Below are positions 20,888-28,958 of a DNA stretch of 32,000 nucleotides, one piece after another. The DNA is from Nonlabens ponticola (GTDB lineage: Bacteria > Bacteroidota > Bacteroidia > Flavobacteriales > Flavobacteriaceae). The translations under genes were made by a program, and so were the position numbers. The notes beneath the pieces are model-generated. The model searched no databases. It worked only from the letters and a program-made list of their open reading frames with translations, and had not been told where the DNA came from. Position 1 is the stretch's first letter. Each line of letters begins with the position of its first letter. Where the stretch lies: NCBI RefSeq assembly GCF_003966335.1, contig NZ_CP034549.1:2460001-2492000 (forward strand). The letters run 5' to 3'.

Positions 20888-20962
20888 GGTGGTTGTAGCT
20901 CAGCTGGTTAGAGCGCTGGTTTGTGGTGCCGGAAGTCGCGGGTTCGAATCCCGTCTTCCACC
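20888..20962 (+). tRNA. tRNA-His (anticodon GTG) with encoded G-1
   Basis: Manual cloverleaf: D arm GCTC/GAGC, anticodon loop TTGTGGT (GTG at 20923-20925), T arm GCGGG-TTCGAAT-CCCGT, G-1 opposite C73. The acceptor stem GTGGTTG/CTTCCAC has two U-U mismatches. CCA is not encoded. Confidence 0.8.
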
Positions 20963-21284
20963 CTAAAAAGGTCTTAGAGAAATCTAGGGCCTTTTTTAAT
21001 TTTTGGCCTCTTATATATCGATACATTAAGGGATGAGAAGTTTATGCTGAGCGCAGTCGAAGTAAATCCCGTCTTCCACCCTAAAAAGGTCTTAGAGAAA
21101 TCTAGGGCCTTTTTTAATTTTTGGCCTCTTATATATCGATACATTAAGGGATGAGAAGTTTATGCTGAGCGCAGTCGAAGTAAATCCCGTCTTCCACCCT
21201 AAAAAGGTCTTAGAGAAATCTAGGGCCTTTTTTAATTTGGTGAATTTTTGCTGCATGAAAAAAGGGATGAAAAGTTTATGCTGA
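20947..21284 (+). repeat. 118-bp tandem repeat array that begins inside the tRNA-His T-loop (2 identical units plus 1 diverged unit)
   Basis: Units start at 20947, 21065 and 21183. Units 1 and 2 are identical over 118 bp. Unit 3 shares the first 56 bp (tRNA 3' end plus terminator) and a 22-bp block AGGGATGA(G/A)AAGTTTATGCTGA. Confidence 0.9.
20970..20997 (+). terminator. rho-independent terminator after tRNA-His
   Basis: Stem GGTCTTAGA / TCTAGGGCC (with G-U pairs), loop GAAA, followed by T6. It is repeated in each tandem unit. Confidence 0.7.
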
Positions 21285-21781
21285 CCTTACAGAACGACCT
21301 TTTTCTTTTTGAATTTGGATCCAACGATTAATGATAATCATATCGCTCGTTTCTTTTCCAACTAAACTTTATGAAGTCAAGTTTAGCCACTTGCATTTCC
21401 ATCAGATAAAATGTCTTTACCCTACTAAATCACTTCCATTTTTATCAGCCTAAAATTGTAATATGACGTTTTGAGCACGAAAACGTTGTAGTAGCACCGT
21501 CAAAAAGTTCATTTTATTGATGGTTTTATGTAGTAATTCTCCTACCAAATGTTAAAATATCACGAATTTCTCTTTTAGTTTTAATAACAAAATTTACTCT
21601 TAAATTCTACTGATAGCAGTATATCAAAGCCGTTTGTTAACTTCGATTTTAAACATTTGAACAACTTATTGTTAAATTAATATCAAAAACGGCTTGCATG
21701 TCTAGTGAGAAAACCCATACATTTAGACTTCTGCAGAACTAAACCATTTAACTTAATCATTAACCCCTAAACAAACCCAAA

Positions 21782-22639
21782 ATGAAATTCCAATTATTAA
21801 AAAAGTCTTTCCTTGGACTCTCAGCATGCGCACTAATTTTTACTGCATGTTCTAAAGATGAAAACGTTGATCAAATCGAGCAAAAATCTGACCTTGAAAG
21901 AGCAAAAGAATATGCTGAAGAAATAGGATATCACCCAGATGACATTATGATTGACAACTTCATGTTGCCTGATGGTACAAAAGAAGAGCGCATCTTTATT
22001 GAAGATGATATCGCTCTTGCACCAACTGATTTTTATGCACTTGCTCCTATAGATGCTATGCCAGCTGTTGATGATCTTGCTAAGCAATATCGTACCAACA
22101 ACCTAGTAACTGGTAGCAATCGTACCATTGACATCATTGGTTACACTGGTGGTAGCAATGCACTTACAAGTACACAACGTACTGCGTTGCAATGGGCTGT
22201 AAACAATTATAACAGATTGAGCGGTGTTTCTTTGACTTTCCGTTTGACTTTTGGTACTGACTATCAAAGTAAGGACATGGTAATATACCGTAACCCTAAC
22301 AACGCTGGTGCTGGTGGATCTGCTGGATTCCCATCAAATGGTCGTCCTAACAAATTTGTACAACTTTATAGAGGTATGGATTCTTATGACACTAACACTA
22401 ACGAGCACGTAATCACTCATGAGATAGGTCACTCAGTTGGTTTCCGTCATACAGATTACTTCTCACGTGCATCTTGTGGACAAAACACTAATGAAGGTAG
22501 CGCTGGTGTAGGTGCTATTAGAGTAAGTGGTACTCCTAGCGGTTATGACGCAAATTCTATCATGCTAGCTTGCTTCGGTCAAGGTGAAGATGGAGAATTT
22601 GGTGCAAATGACATCACTGCTTTACAAGCGATGTACTAG
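21782..22639 (+). CDS. secreted metzincin-type zinc metallopeptidase (HEIGH motif, M57-like) lipoprotein
   Basis: Lipoprotein-like signal (LIFTAC). The extended zinc motif HEIGHSVGFRH matches HExxHxxGxxH. Codon usage is strongly biased toward CGT and GGT. Confidence 0.75.
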   Translation: MKFQLLKKSFLGLSACALIFTACSKDENVDQIEQKSDLERAKEYAEEIGYHPDDIMIDNFMLPDGTKEERIFIEDDIALAPTDFYALAPIDAMPAVDDLAKQYRTNNLVTGSNRTIDIIGYTGGSNALTSTQRTALQWAVNNYNRLSGVSLTFRLTFGTDYQSKDMVIYRNPNNAGAGGSAGFPSNGRPNKFVQLYRGMDSYDTNTNEHVITHEIGHSVGFRHTDYFSRASCGQNTNEGSAGVGAIRVSGTPSGYDANSIMLACFGQGEDGEFGANDITALQAMY

Positions 22640-22666
22640 AATAAAGTAACTTATAGCTTTCATAAG

Positions 22667-22692
22667 GCCCTGATAGATTTTTCTATCAGGGC
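22667..22692. terminator. shared hairpin terminator between the convergent peptidase and apt genes
   Basis: Perfect 10-bp stem GCCCTGATAG / CTATCAGGGC with loop ATTTTT, followed by T-rich sequence. Confidence 0.7.
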
Positions 22693-22700
22693 TTATTTAT

Positions 22701-23222
22701 TTAGTAATGTATGAGGCTATGGACCGGACTATGTTTCAATCGCTTTCTGCCAGCTAGAAAATCAAGTTCAATTAGGAAACTATAACCTACCACGGTGCCT
22801 TTACATTTTTCAATCAGTTGACTAGTAGCTAATGCTGTACCGCCAGTAGCAAGCACGTCATCATGTATGAGGACGCGAGCATCTTTAGGAATCATGTGCT
22901 GCTGTATCTCTAGAGTATCCTGACCATATTCTAGATCATACTGTTCCTGCACCACAGCTCCAGGTAATTTACCAGGCTTGCGTACCATGACAAATGAAGC
23001 ATCAAGCGCATCAGCCACCAGCGTACCAAAAAGGAAACCTCGCGATTCCATACCCACGACTACATCTATTTCCTTGTCCTTATATTTTGTTGCTAGCAGT
23101 GAGGTTATTGTCTTTCTCGCTTTCGCGGAAGCTAACAAAGGGGAAATATCCTTAAACACGATTCCCACTTGAGGAAAATCAGGTACATCCTGCACTAATC
23201 CTTTTAAATCTTCTATTTTCAT
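22701..23222 (-). CDS. apt: adenine phosphoribosyltransferase
   Basis: DFPQVGIVFKDISPLL and the PRPP-binding motif VLIHDDVLATGGTA. Confidence 0.92.
   Translation of the reverse strand: MKIEDLKGLVQDVPDFPQVGIVFKDISPLLASAKARKTITSLLATKYKDKEIDVVVGMESRGFLFGTLVADALDASFVMVRKPGKLPGAVVQEQYDLEYGQDTLEIQQHMIPKDARVLIHDDVLATGGTALATSQLIEKCKGTVVGYSFLIELDFLAGRKRLKHSPVHSLIHY
23119..23132. repeat. iterated palindrome copy 7 (one mismatch: GCTTTCGCGGAAGC)
   Basis: Lies inside the apt CDS and is read on the minus strand as A-S-A-K-A. The single A-to-G change is at 23128. Confidence 0.8.
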
Positions 23223-23274
23223 GATCTAAATATACTGCGACATTCAAGACCAGCAATTTTCTAACAATTTCCTT

Positions 23275-25122
23275 ATGAGATTCTTACCCTTATTACTTTT
23301 AGCCTTCTCTCTATGCAGCAATGCACAAGAAAGTGCCAATTCCAGAATCAAAGACATTACCATTTATTTACAGGGAGCTCGCGTTACCAGAGACGTTGAA
23401 TTAACTGTAATAAGCGGTAGCAACGAGATCGTCATTAGTGACCTGTCGCCTGAAATCACATCAGAGAGCATTATGGTATCACAACTTAATGGTATGAGTT
23501 TGTCAAGCGTAAATTACAGTACCACATCGTTGAGTAAAAAAACTTCAAGTGAAAACCTTAAATTAATAACTAGAAGCCTAGACAGCGTGCAACAAGCGCT
23601 TTATCAATTTAATTCTAGATTAAAAGGGAACCGTGAAGAAGTTGCGATACTACAAACCAATCGTCAACTTAATAGTAAGGATACTGGGATGAGCCTTGCC
23701 CAAGTAAAGGCTTTTGCCAGCTATTACAACGACCGTCTAGAAGCGTTGAGCCTTAAGGAATATGAATATAATGACACTATTGAGGAATTACTAGAGCGAC
23801 AAACGGAGCTTGAAAACGAAAAGTCAAAAATCAATCCTGCAGCAAATGAAATGCGTGGAGAAATTAGGCTTTCCATTAACAGTACCAAAGCGATGAAATC
23901 AACGATAAAGATTACTTACAACTTGAGTAATGCCGGCTGGGTGCCCTATTATGACATTTATGCCGCTGGTGGCAGCAATAATGTTGACCTCAAATTTAAA
24001 GGACAAGTATACCAAACAACAGGAACTGATTGGGATAACGCGATGATCACTTTATCCACTAGTGATCCCTATCAAGACAATACAAAGCCAGATTTAAAAG
24101 AGAAGCGTCTAAATTTTGTGAGATACAATCGAAGGAGTATGTCTGTAAGTCGTGGCAACCGTAGATACAATCCTACAGTCAAAACAGTGAGCGGTAAAGT
24201 TACTGACGTAACAGGAGAACCACTCTTAGGTGCAACTGTAATTGTTAGAGGTACAAATAATGCAACTACAACAGACTTTGACGGTAATTATAGACTAGAG
24301 ATAACGGACGGAACTTCAATAACTACAAGTTTTTCTGGCTATGAGAGTGTAACAAGTCCTATCTATGCAAGCACAATGAACTTTGAATTATCTGTAAGCT
24401 TAGATGCGGTTGTGGTTACGGGTTATAGAACTTCAACTAGAAAAAAATCAAATGTTACAGCATCAGTAGAAGATAAAGAGGAATTATCTACCGTAAGTGC
24501 CGTGGAAGAAAATTTAGCTTCACGTAGTTATAAATTGCGACTACCCTATTCAATACCATCGACTGGCGAGACCATCGATATTCCTATTTCACAAGATAAG
24601 CTGGATGCCACCTATGGATACTATAGCGCTCCAGTCATCAATCAAAATGTATTCCTCACCGCTCAAATGAAGAACTGGGAAAGCCTCAATTTAATACCTG
24701 CTGAGGCAAGTGTGTATTTTGACGACAGTTTTACTGGTAGCATATACTTTGATACTGATACTACCGATGAATCGTTGACTGTAAGCCTAGGCGTCGATCC
24801 ACAAATAAGCGTCGAACGCAAAGAAGTAACTGATTTTAAGTCACAATCAATTTTTGGCACCAAAAAACGAGTTGACAAGGTTTATGAAATTATTGTCAAG
24901 AATAACCGCAGTAAATCTATCGACTTAAAATTACAGGATCGCATTCCAATTAGCAGCAATAAAGAAATAGAAGTCGATGATATTGAAACAGGCGATGCTA
25001 CCATGGATCAGGAAACGCGGCTGCTTACATGGGACATTAATTTGAATACTGGATCCCAAGTAAAAAAGCGATTTAGCTATCAGCTTGAATATCCTAAGAA
25101 CAAGCGTATCAATCTAGATTGA
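23275..25122 (+). CDS. DUF4139/DUF4140 (MuiA-like) family protein with an embedded CarboxypepD_reg-like domain
   Basis: Signal peptide. DUF4140-like N-terminus (ITIYLQGARVTR), a coiled-coil region, a central VSGKVTDVTGEPLLGATVIVRGTNNATTTDFDGNYRLEI block (CarboxypepD_reg-like) and a DUF4139-like C-terminus. Confidence 0.6.
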   Translation: MRFLPLLLLAFSLCSNAQESANSRIKDITIYLQGARVTRDVELTVISGSNEIVISDLSPEITSESIMVSQLNGMSLSSVNYSTTSLSKKTSSENLKLITRSLDSVQQALYQFNSRLKGNREEVAILQTNRQLNSKDTGMSLAQVKAFASYYNDRLEALSLKEYEYNDTIEELLERQTELENEKSKINPAANEMRGEIRLSINSTKAMKSTIKITYNLSNAGWVPYYDIYAAGGSNNVDLKFKGQVYQTTGTDWDNAMITLSTSDPYQDNTKPDLKEKRLNFVRYNRRSMSVSRGNRRYNPTVKTVSGKVTDVTGEPLLGATVIVRGTNNATTTDFDGNYRLEITDGTSITTSFSGYESVTSPIYASTMNFELSVSLDAVVVTGYRTSTRKKSNVTASVEDKEELSTVSAVEENLASRSYKLRLPYSIPSTGETIDIPISQDKLDATYGYYSAPVINQNVFLTAQMKNWESLNLIPAEASVYFDDSFTGSIYFDTDTTDESLTVSLGVDPQISVERKEVTDFKSQSIFGTKKRVDKVYEIIVKNNRSKSIDLKLQDRIPISSNKEIEVDDIETGDATMDQETRLLTWDINLNTGSQVKKRFSYQLEYPKNKRINLD

Positions 25123-25172
25123 TAAAACTTACAAAGAGTTCTTTATTTCCTTCTATGGTTATAAAAAAGTTT

Positions 25173-25180
25173 TATATTTG
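25173..25180 (+). promoter_or_regulatory. -7 promoter box (TATATTTG) upstream of tRNA-Arg
   Basis: Matches TAnnTTTG and is followed by GCACCCGC. It lies 32 nt upstream of the tRNA 5' end. Confidence 0.5.
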
Positions 25181-25211
25181 CACCCGCTAAAGAACGATTT
25201 TAGCACTATTA

Positions 25212-25285
25212 GGCCTCGTGGCGCAACTGAATAGCGCACTTGATTACGGCTCAAGAGGTTACAGGTTTGAATCCTGTCGAGGTCA
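25212..25285 (+). tRNA. tRNA-Arg (anticodon ACG)
   Basis: Manual cloverleaf: acceptor GGCCTCG/CGAGGTC (one G-U pair), D arm GCGC/GCGC, anticodon stem CTTGA/TCAAG with loop TTACGGC, T arm ACAGG-TTTGAAT-CCTGT, discriminator A. Confidence 0.9.
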
Positions 25286-25296
25286 CGACACTTAAG

Positions 25297-25327
25297 AAAC
25301 CACGCTCATAAAAATGAGCGTGGTTTT
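25297..25327 (+). terminator. rho-independent terminator after tRNA-Arg
   Basis: Stem CCACGCTCAT / ATGAGCGTGG extended by an AAA/TTT pairing, loop AAAA, followed by TTTT. Confidence 0.75.
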
Positions 25328-25453
25328 GTGTTTCTTGAAGTGTTGAAAGCCTTAGGGCTTTCATAAATGAAAAGAGATACAAAATCAGCCACGAGCTAAG
25401 GAGTGGCGTAGTTTCTTATTTGCAACTTTGAGCTCATTCAGGATCATGTGAAT

Positions 25454-25472
25454 AATCCTGTCGAGGTCACGA
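25454..25472 (+). repeat. exact 19-nt copy of the tRNA-Arg 3' end
   Basis: AATCCTGTCGAGGTCACGA is identical to 25270-25288. It is preceded by CAGGAT, which can pair with ATCCTG like a T-arm. Confidence 0.9.
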
Positions 25473-25561
25473 ATGAATAGCTTGATAAGAAAAAACGCCA
25501 AGTTTCCTTGAGCTTTTTTTGTTTGTGGAATTCTCAAAGCGGAGTTTTGCCAGGTTATTTT

Positions 25562-25577
25562 ATCCCGTCGAGGTCAC
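25562..25577 (+). repeat. degenerate 16-nt copy of the tRNA-Arg 3' end
   Basis: ATCCCGTCGAGGTCAC compared with ATCCTGTCGAGGTCAC shows one mismatch. Confidence 0.75.
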
Positions 25578-25866
25578 TACACTCAGGAAAGGATGCTCAA
25601 ATAAACGTTAATTGTAAACTCAAGAGAGTATTCAGTTTTGGCTTGAATTATGACCGTGAGGGCCATAATAATCAATGTACTGATACCAAGCGTTGGCTGA
25701 TATATATTTGATGCTTAATTACATAAGCTATTCAAGAAATCAAATTATAAATCTGAAATACGCTTTTGCTAATTGATTTCTTCAAGCCTACAATTATAAT
25801 CCAGCAATTCATTTCAAACCTTTTTGATTAATTCACGTCTTATAGGAAATTCTAAATGTTGGCCTC

Positions 25867-28089
25867 ATGAGAATCCTATACTTTATCATCATTCTTACTA
25901 CTACTGGTGCCTTAGGACAGACAAGGCAAGAACTTTTGGATGCTGCAGCAGCATTTCCACCTATGCCACGTGAAACGATAGACATGATACCTTTTGCTGG
26001 AAGATCACTTTCCTTCGGATCAGGAACTCCGTTTAATGATTTGGAATATACTATCATGAACTTTGATTACATCGATGGGGAAAATGGTGGTAGCGACACT
26101 TTCATGCCAGTGCGCCCGTCAGAAAAATTTCCTGGATCAAATTCAGTCAAGTATGCCCGTAGTGTTTTAAACACAGACCTAAATGAGGCCTATGACACGG
26201 GAAACAGAGATCGCTTTATTCTTGGAACCTCAGCATACGACTTACCATTTTTTTCTAGTGGCTCGGATAATATTGATAATGATTATATGGTAATTCAGCA
26301 TTTTGATTACGAGTTTGGTGCAATAGAGCTTAATGGTAAACCATTAGATTATAAATTACTCAAGGCAACTGAATCTGAAGGAGTAAATACATCTGGTAAT
26401 TATCTATTTCACACTGCAAATTTCAATGCTACTGGTGAAGTGGACTTGATTGCTTTCATCTTTCCATGTGACGATCTGCAAGACAACGTTAGCGGTTCAT
26501 CACCGCAGGATTATTCTACCCTTTGTAATCAATCACAAACCTTAGACCTTGACAATAGAAATCAGTTTGTTTTCTCTACTCCAATTGAAACAACTCCTAG
26601 TATTCCGCAAGCCATAGCTCAATATGGTGGCCCTGGTAAAGAAGTTATAGGAGGCATGACCGCTGATAGCGATGGAAATGTTTATCTCATGGGAGCTACT
26701 GATAGTGACCTAACGGGTGATGGAAATATCGATAATGAAATATTTATTTCTAAAATCGATCCGTCTGGAGAGTCCATTTGGGTATACTCTCTACCACAAA
26801 AAAATGGTGCGCTTTTATTTGATGCAGTCACAGACGAAGAATATATTTATGTATGCGGCCGTACATTAGACGCTATTCCAGGATATTCTAATGCTGGACG
26901 ATGGGATGGAGTTCTATTGAAAATAGATATAAACACGGGTATTCTTGTGGCATCAAATCAATGGGGAAATAGTGGTATTGATGGATATGGTAATATAGTG
27001 CTGGATGAAAATGGTGGACTTTATGTATCTGGACAAGGATCACCAAATAATGGAGATGGTGGTACCGATAATGCTTATCTAGTCGCACGGCATAAAACCT
27101 CTGATTTGAGTAATGACTGGCGTGTTATTGAACCAACTACCGCAACAGGATTTTCAGCAAGTGCAGAAGCTTGGGGTGGATTATATTTCAAGAAAGGTGC
27201 TACACAATCAGAAGACAGAATTGTAGTTGCTGGCTGGTATATCGCTGCTGGAGGTGCAAATAACTTTGTATCTGTTTACGATAATCTTTATGCCGAAACT
27301 CCTACTAGACCGCATTCCATCGTGTTTTCTTCTCCTGGTTCACAAGCGGATTGGGTAATGGACAACGTTATTGATAGTGAAGGTAATATTTACATAGCTG
27401 GATACACATCTGGTAATTTACAGGGTGGTCATCAAGGTCAAGGAGATGCCTATGTGAGAAAGTATAGCCCTAGTTTAACTAATCCTCAGACACTTCAATT
27501 CGGAACTCCTCAATCTGACATGGTTAGAAAAATGGAAATTGATGGCGAGGACAATATTTATCTGGTTGGACATACTTACGGTAATTTATTCGCTTCAAAT
27601 GCAGATATCTCTTTAAACACAGGTGATGTGTATGCTTATAAATTAGATTCAGATTTGAACGTGTTGGCAAGCGTGCAGCTAGGAACGCCTCACGAGGATC
27701 GGGCTTTTTCAGCATTCAAAAATAATCTATTATTCATGGGCGGAATGACCGAAGGAGTTATCAAGGACAGCTCAAAAGGCAGTTTTGATGGTTATGTATT
27801 AGCATTAGATCCAACGAATTTAGAATTGTCGGGAACCACCTTATCTACCAATGAAGAAACGTTAAACTCTGGTTTACGACTTTATCCTAATCCAGTAATA
27901 CAACAACTGCGCATTCAGGGTAACATTAGAAATGCTAGCCTTAAAATTTATGATTTGACGGGTCGCTTAATGATGAGTCAAGATAATTTCAATGGAAGTT
28001 TAGATGTTTCCAACATTAAGACTGGAAATTATATAATCGCTCTAAAGAATGACAACCAGTCAAAAACCTTTAAAGTAATAAAGTTGTAA
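25867..28089 (+). CDS. secreted beta-propeller (SBBP-repeat-like) protein with T9SS C-terminal sorting domain
   Basis: Signal peptide. Recurring D(S/E)xGNxY(L/I)xG(x)T motifs (DSDGNVYLMGAT, DENGGLYVSGQG, DSEGNIYIAGYT, DGEDNIYLVGHT). The C-terminus LRLYPNPV...KIYDLTGRLM...GNYIIALKNDNQSKTFKVIKL is CTD-like. Confidence 0.7.
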   Translation: MRILYFIIILTTTGALGQTRQELLDAAAAFPPMPRETIDMIPFAGRSLSFGSGTPFNDLEYTIMNFDYIDGENGGSDTFMPVRPSEKFPGSNSVKYARSVLNTDLNEAYDTGNRDRFILGTSAYDLPFFSSGSDNIDNDYMVIQHFDYEFGAIELNGKPLDYKLLKATESEGVNTSGNYLFHTANFNATGEVDLIAFIFPCDDLQDNVSGSSPQDYSTLCNQSQTLDLDNRNQFVFSTPIETTPSIPQAIAQYGGPGKEVIGGMTADSDGNVYLMGATDSDLTGDGNIDNEIFISKIDPSGESIWVYSLPQKNGALLFDAVTDEEYIYVCGRTLDAIPGYSNAGRWDGVLLKIDINTGILVASNQWGNSGIDGYGNIVLDENGGLYVSGQGSPNNGDGGTDNAYLVARHKTSDLSNDWRVIEPTTATGFSASAEAWGGLYFKKGATQSEDRIVVAGWYIAAGGANNFVSVYDNLYAETPTRPHSIVFSSPGSQADWVMDNVIDSEGNIYIAGYTSGNLQGGHQGQGDAYVRKYSPSLTNPQTLQFGTPQSDMVRKMEIDGEDNIYLVGHTYGNLFASNADISLNTGDVYAYKLDSDLNVLASVQLGTPHEDRAFSAFKNNLLFMGGMTEGVIKDSSKGSFDGYVLALDPTNLELSGTTLSTNEETLNSGLRLYPNPVIQQLRIQGNIRNASLKIYDLTGRLMMSQDNFNGSLDVSNIKTGNYIIALKNDNQSKTFKVIKL

Positions 28090-28213
28090 TGTTTGTCATA
28101 GACCTTCATTTTAAAGCAAGAATTTCGCAATCCTTCAAGATAGAATAGTATTTCTGGTAGATCCTAAACTAAAACTTTCTATGCTCAACTAATCTTCTCT
28201 TTATCTAGGTCAG

Positions 28214-28221
28214 TATCTTTG
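28214..28221 (+). promoter_or_regulatory. -7 promoter box (TATCTTTG) upstream of the Crp/Fnr-family gene
   Basis: Matches TAnnTTTG and lies 27 nt upstream of the ATG at 28248. Confidence 0.4.
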
Positions 28222-28247
28222 ATTATTATGAGCTCATTAAATAACTA

Positions 28248-28898
28248 ATGCAGTTCAGAAGCGGCATTTACATGATCCAAGAACTAAAACGACACTTTGC
28301 AAATCAGTTTGAGCCAGCTCTTCTGGAAGAAATTGAGCAAACAGCAACCGTTCTTGAGGTTGCAGAAGGCACAGATTTGATAACGCCTGGTCAGTTTGTA
28401 AAATCCATGCCGCTGCTCATTTCTGGAAGTATCAAAATCTTGCGACCCGATAGCAATGGCGACGAGCTTCTACTCTACCATCTTGAAAAAGGTGATACGT
28501 GTGCGATGTCGCTTACCTGTTGCATGGGACACACGCAAAGTGAAATCCACGCGGTGACCGAAACGCCAGCCCAAGTTCTCATGATACCCATTGCCAAAAT
28601 GGAAGAATGGTCCAGCAAATACAAGTCCTGGCGCAATTTTGTATTCTCCAGCTACCACTCACGCATGATGGAAATGCTGGAAAGCATAGACAACATTGCT
28701 TTCAATAACATGGACGAGCGTTTGCAGAATTACATAGACGACAAAATAAAAATCCTGAACAGCAAACACATCTATACTACTCATAAAGAAATAGCTCAGG
28801 ACCTGCATACAAGCCGTGTAGTCATATCAAGACTGCTCAAAAAGATGGAAATCAACGGCAAGATCAAATTACACCGCAGCTTTATCGAGGTCCTGTAA
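28248..28898 (+). CDS. Crp/Fnr family transcriptional regulator
   Basis: cNMP-binding-like beta-barrel region followed by a C-terminal HTH (THKEIAQDLHTSRVVISRLLKKME). An alternative in-frame ATG lies at 28272. Confidence 0.8.
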   Translation: MQFRSGIYMIQELKRHFANQFEPALLEEIEQTATVLEVAEGTDLITPGQFVKSMPLLISGSIKILRPDSNGDELLLYHLEKGDTCAMSLTCCMGHTQSEIHAVTETPAQVLMIPIAKMEEWSSKYKSWRNFVFSSYHSRMMEMLESIDNIAFNNMDERLQNYIDDKIKILNSKHIYTTHKEIAQDLHTSRVVISRLLKKMEINGKIKLHRSFIEVL

Positions 28899-28921
28899 CA
28901 AGGGTTACATACATTCCGATG

Positions 28922-28946
28922 ATTGGCATCTAATTTTGATGCCAAT
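28922..28946. promoter_or_regulatory. perfect inverted repeat ATTGGCATC-N7-GATGCCAAT (candidate operator or RNA hairpin)
   Basis: Two 9-bp arms with a 7-nt spacer, located between the regulator stop (28898) and the TauE ATG (28959). No T-run follows. Confidence 0.4.
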
Positions 28947-28958
28947 TCAAACAGGAAT

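Noticed and set aside
20838-21026. 62-aa minus-strand ORF in the track
   Set aside because: It lies directly over tRNA-His and its terminator and is an ORF-caller artefact.
20947-21284. The tandem repeats after tRNA-His as a possible CRISPR array
   Set aside because: The period is 118 bp, and the sequences between conserved blocks are identical in units 1 and 2, so there are no unique spacers. The repeat is derived from the tRNA and its terminator. No cas genes are present.
20888-25285. The segment bounded by tRNA-His and tRNA-Arg as a genomic island
   Set aside because: It contains the housekeeping gene apt and no integrase, transposase or conjugation gene. The att-like repeats lie immediately downstream of each tRNA and do not flank the whole segment.
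25508-25711. 67-aa plus-strand ORF in the spacer after tRNA-Arg
   Set aside because: Its start codon is not an ATG (the track translates it as M). There is no promoter box or family resemblance. It spans a degenerate tRNA-fragment copy and has low-complexity composition, so it is probably non-coding.
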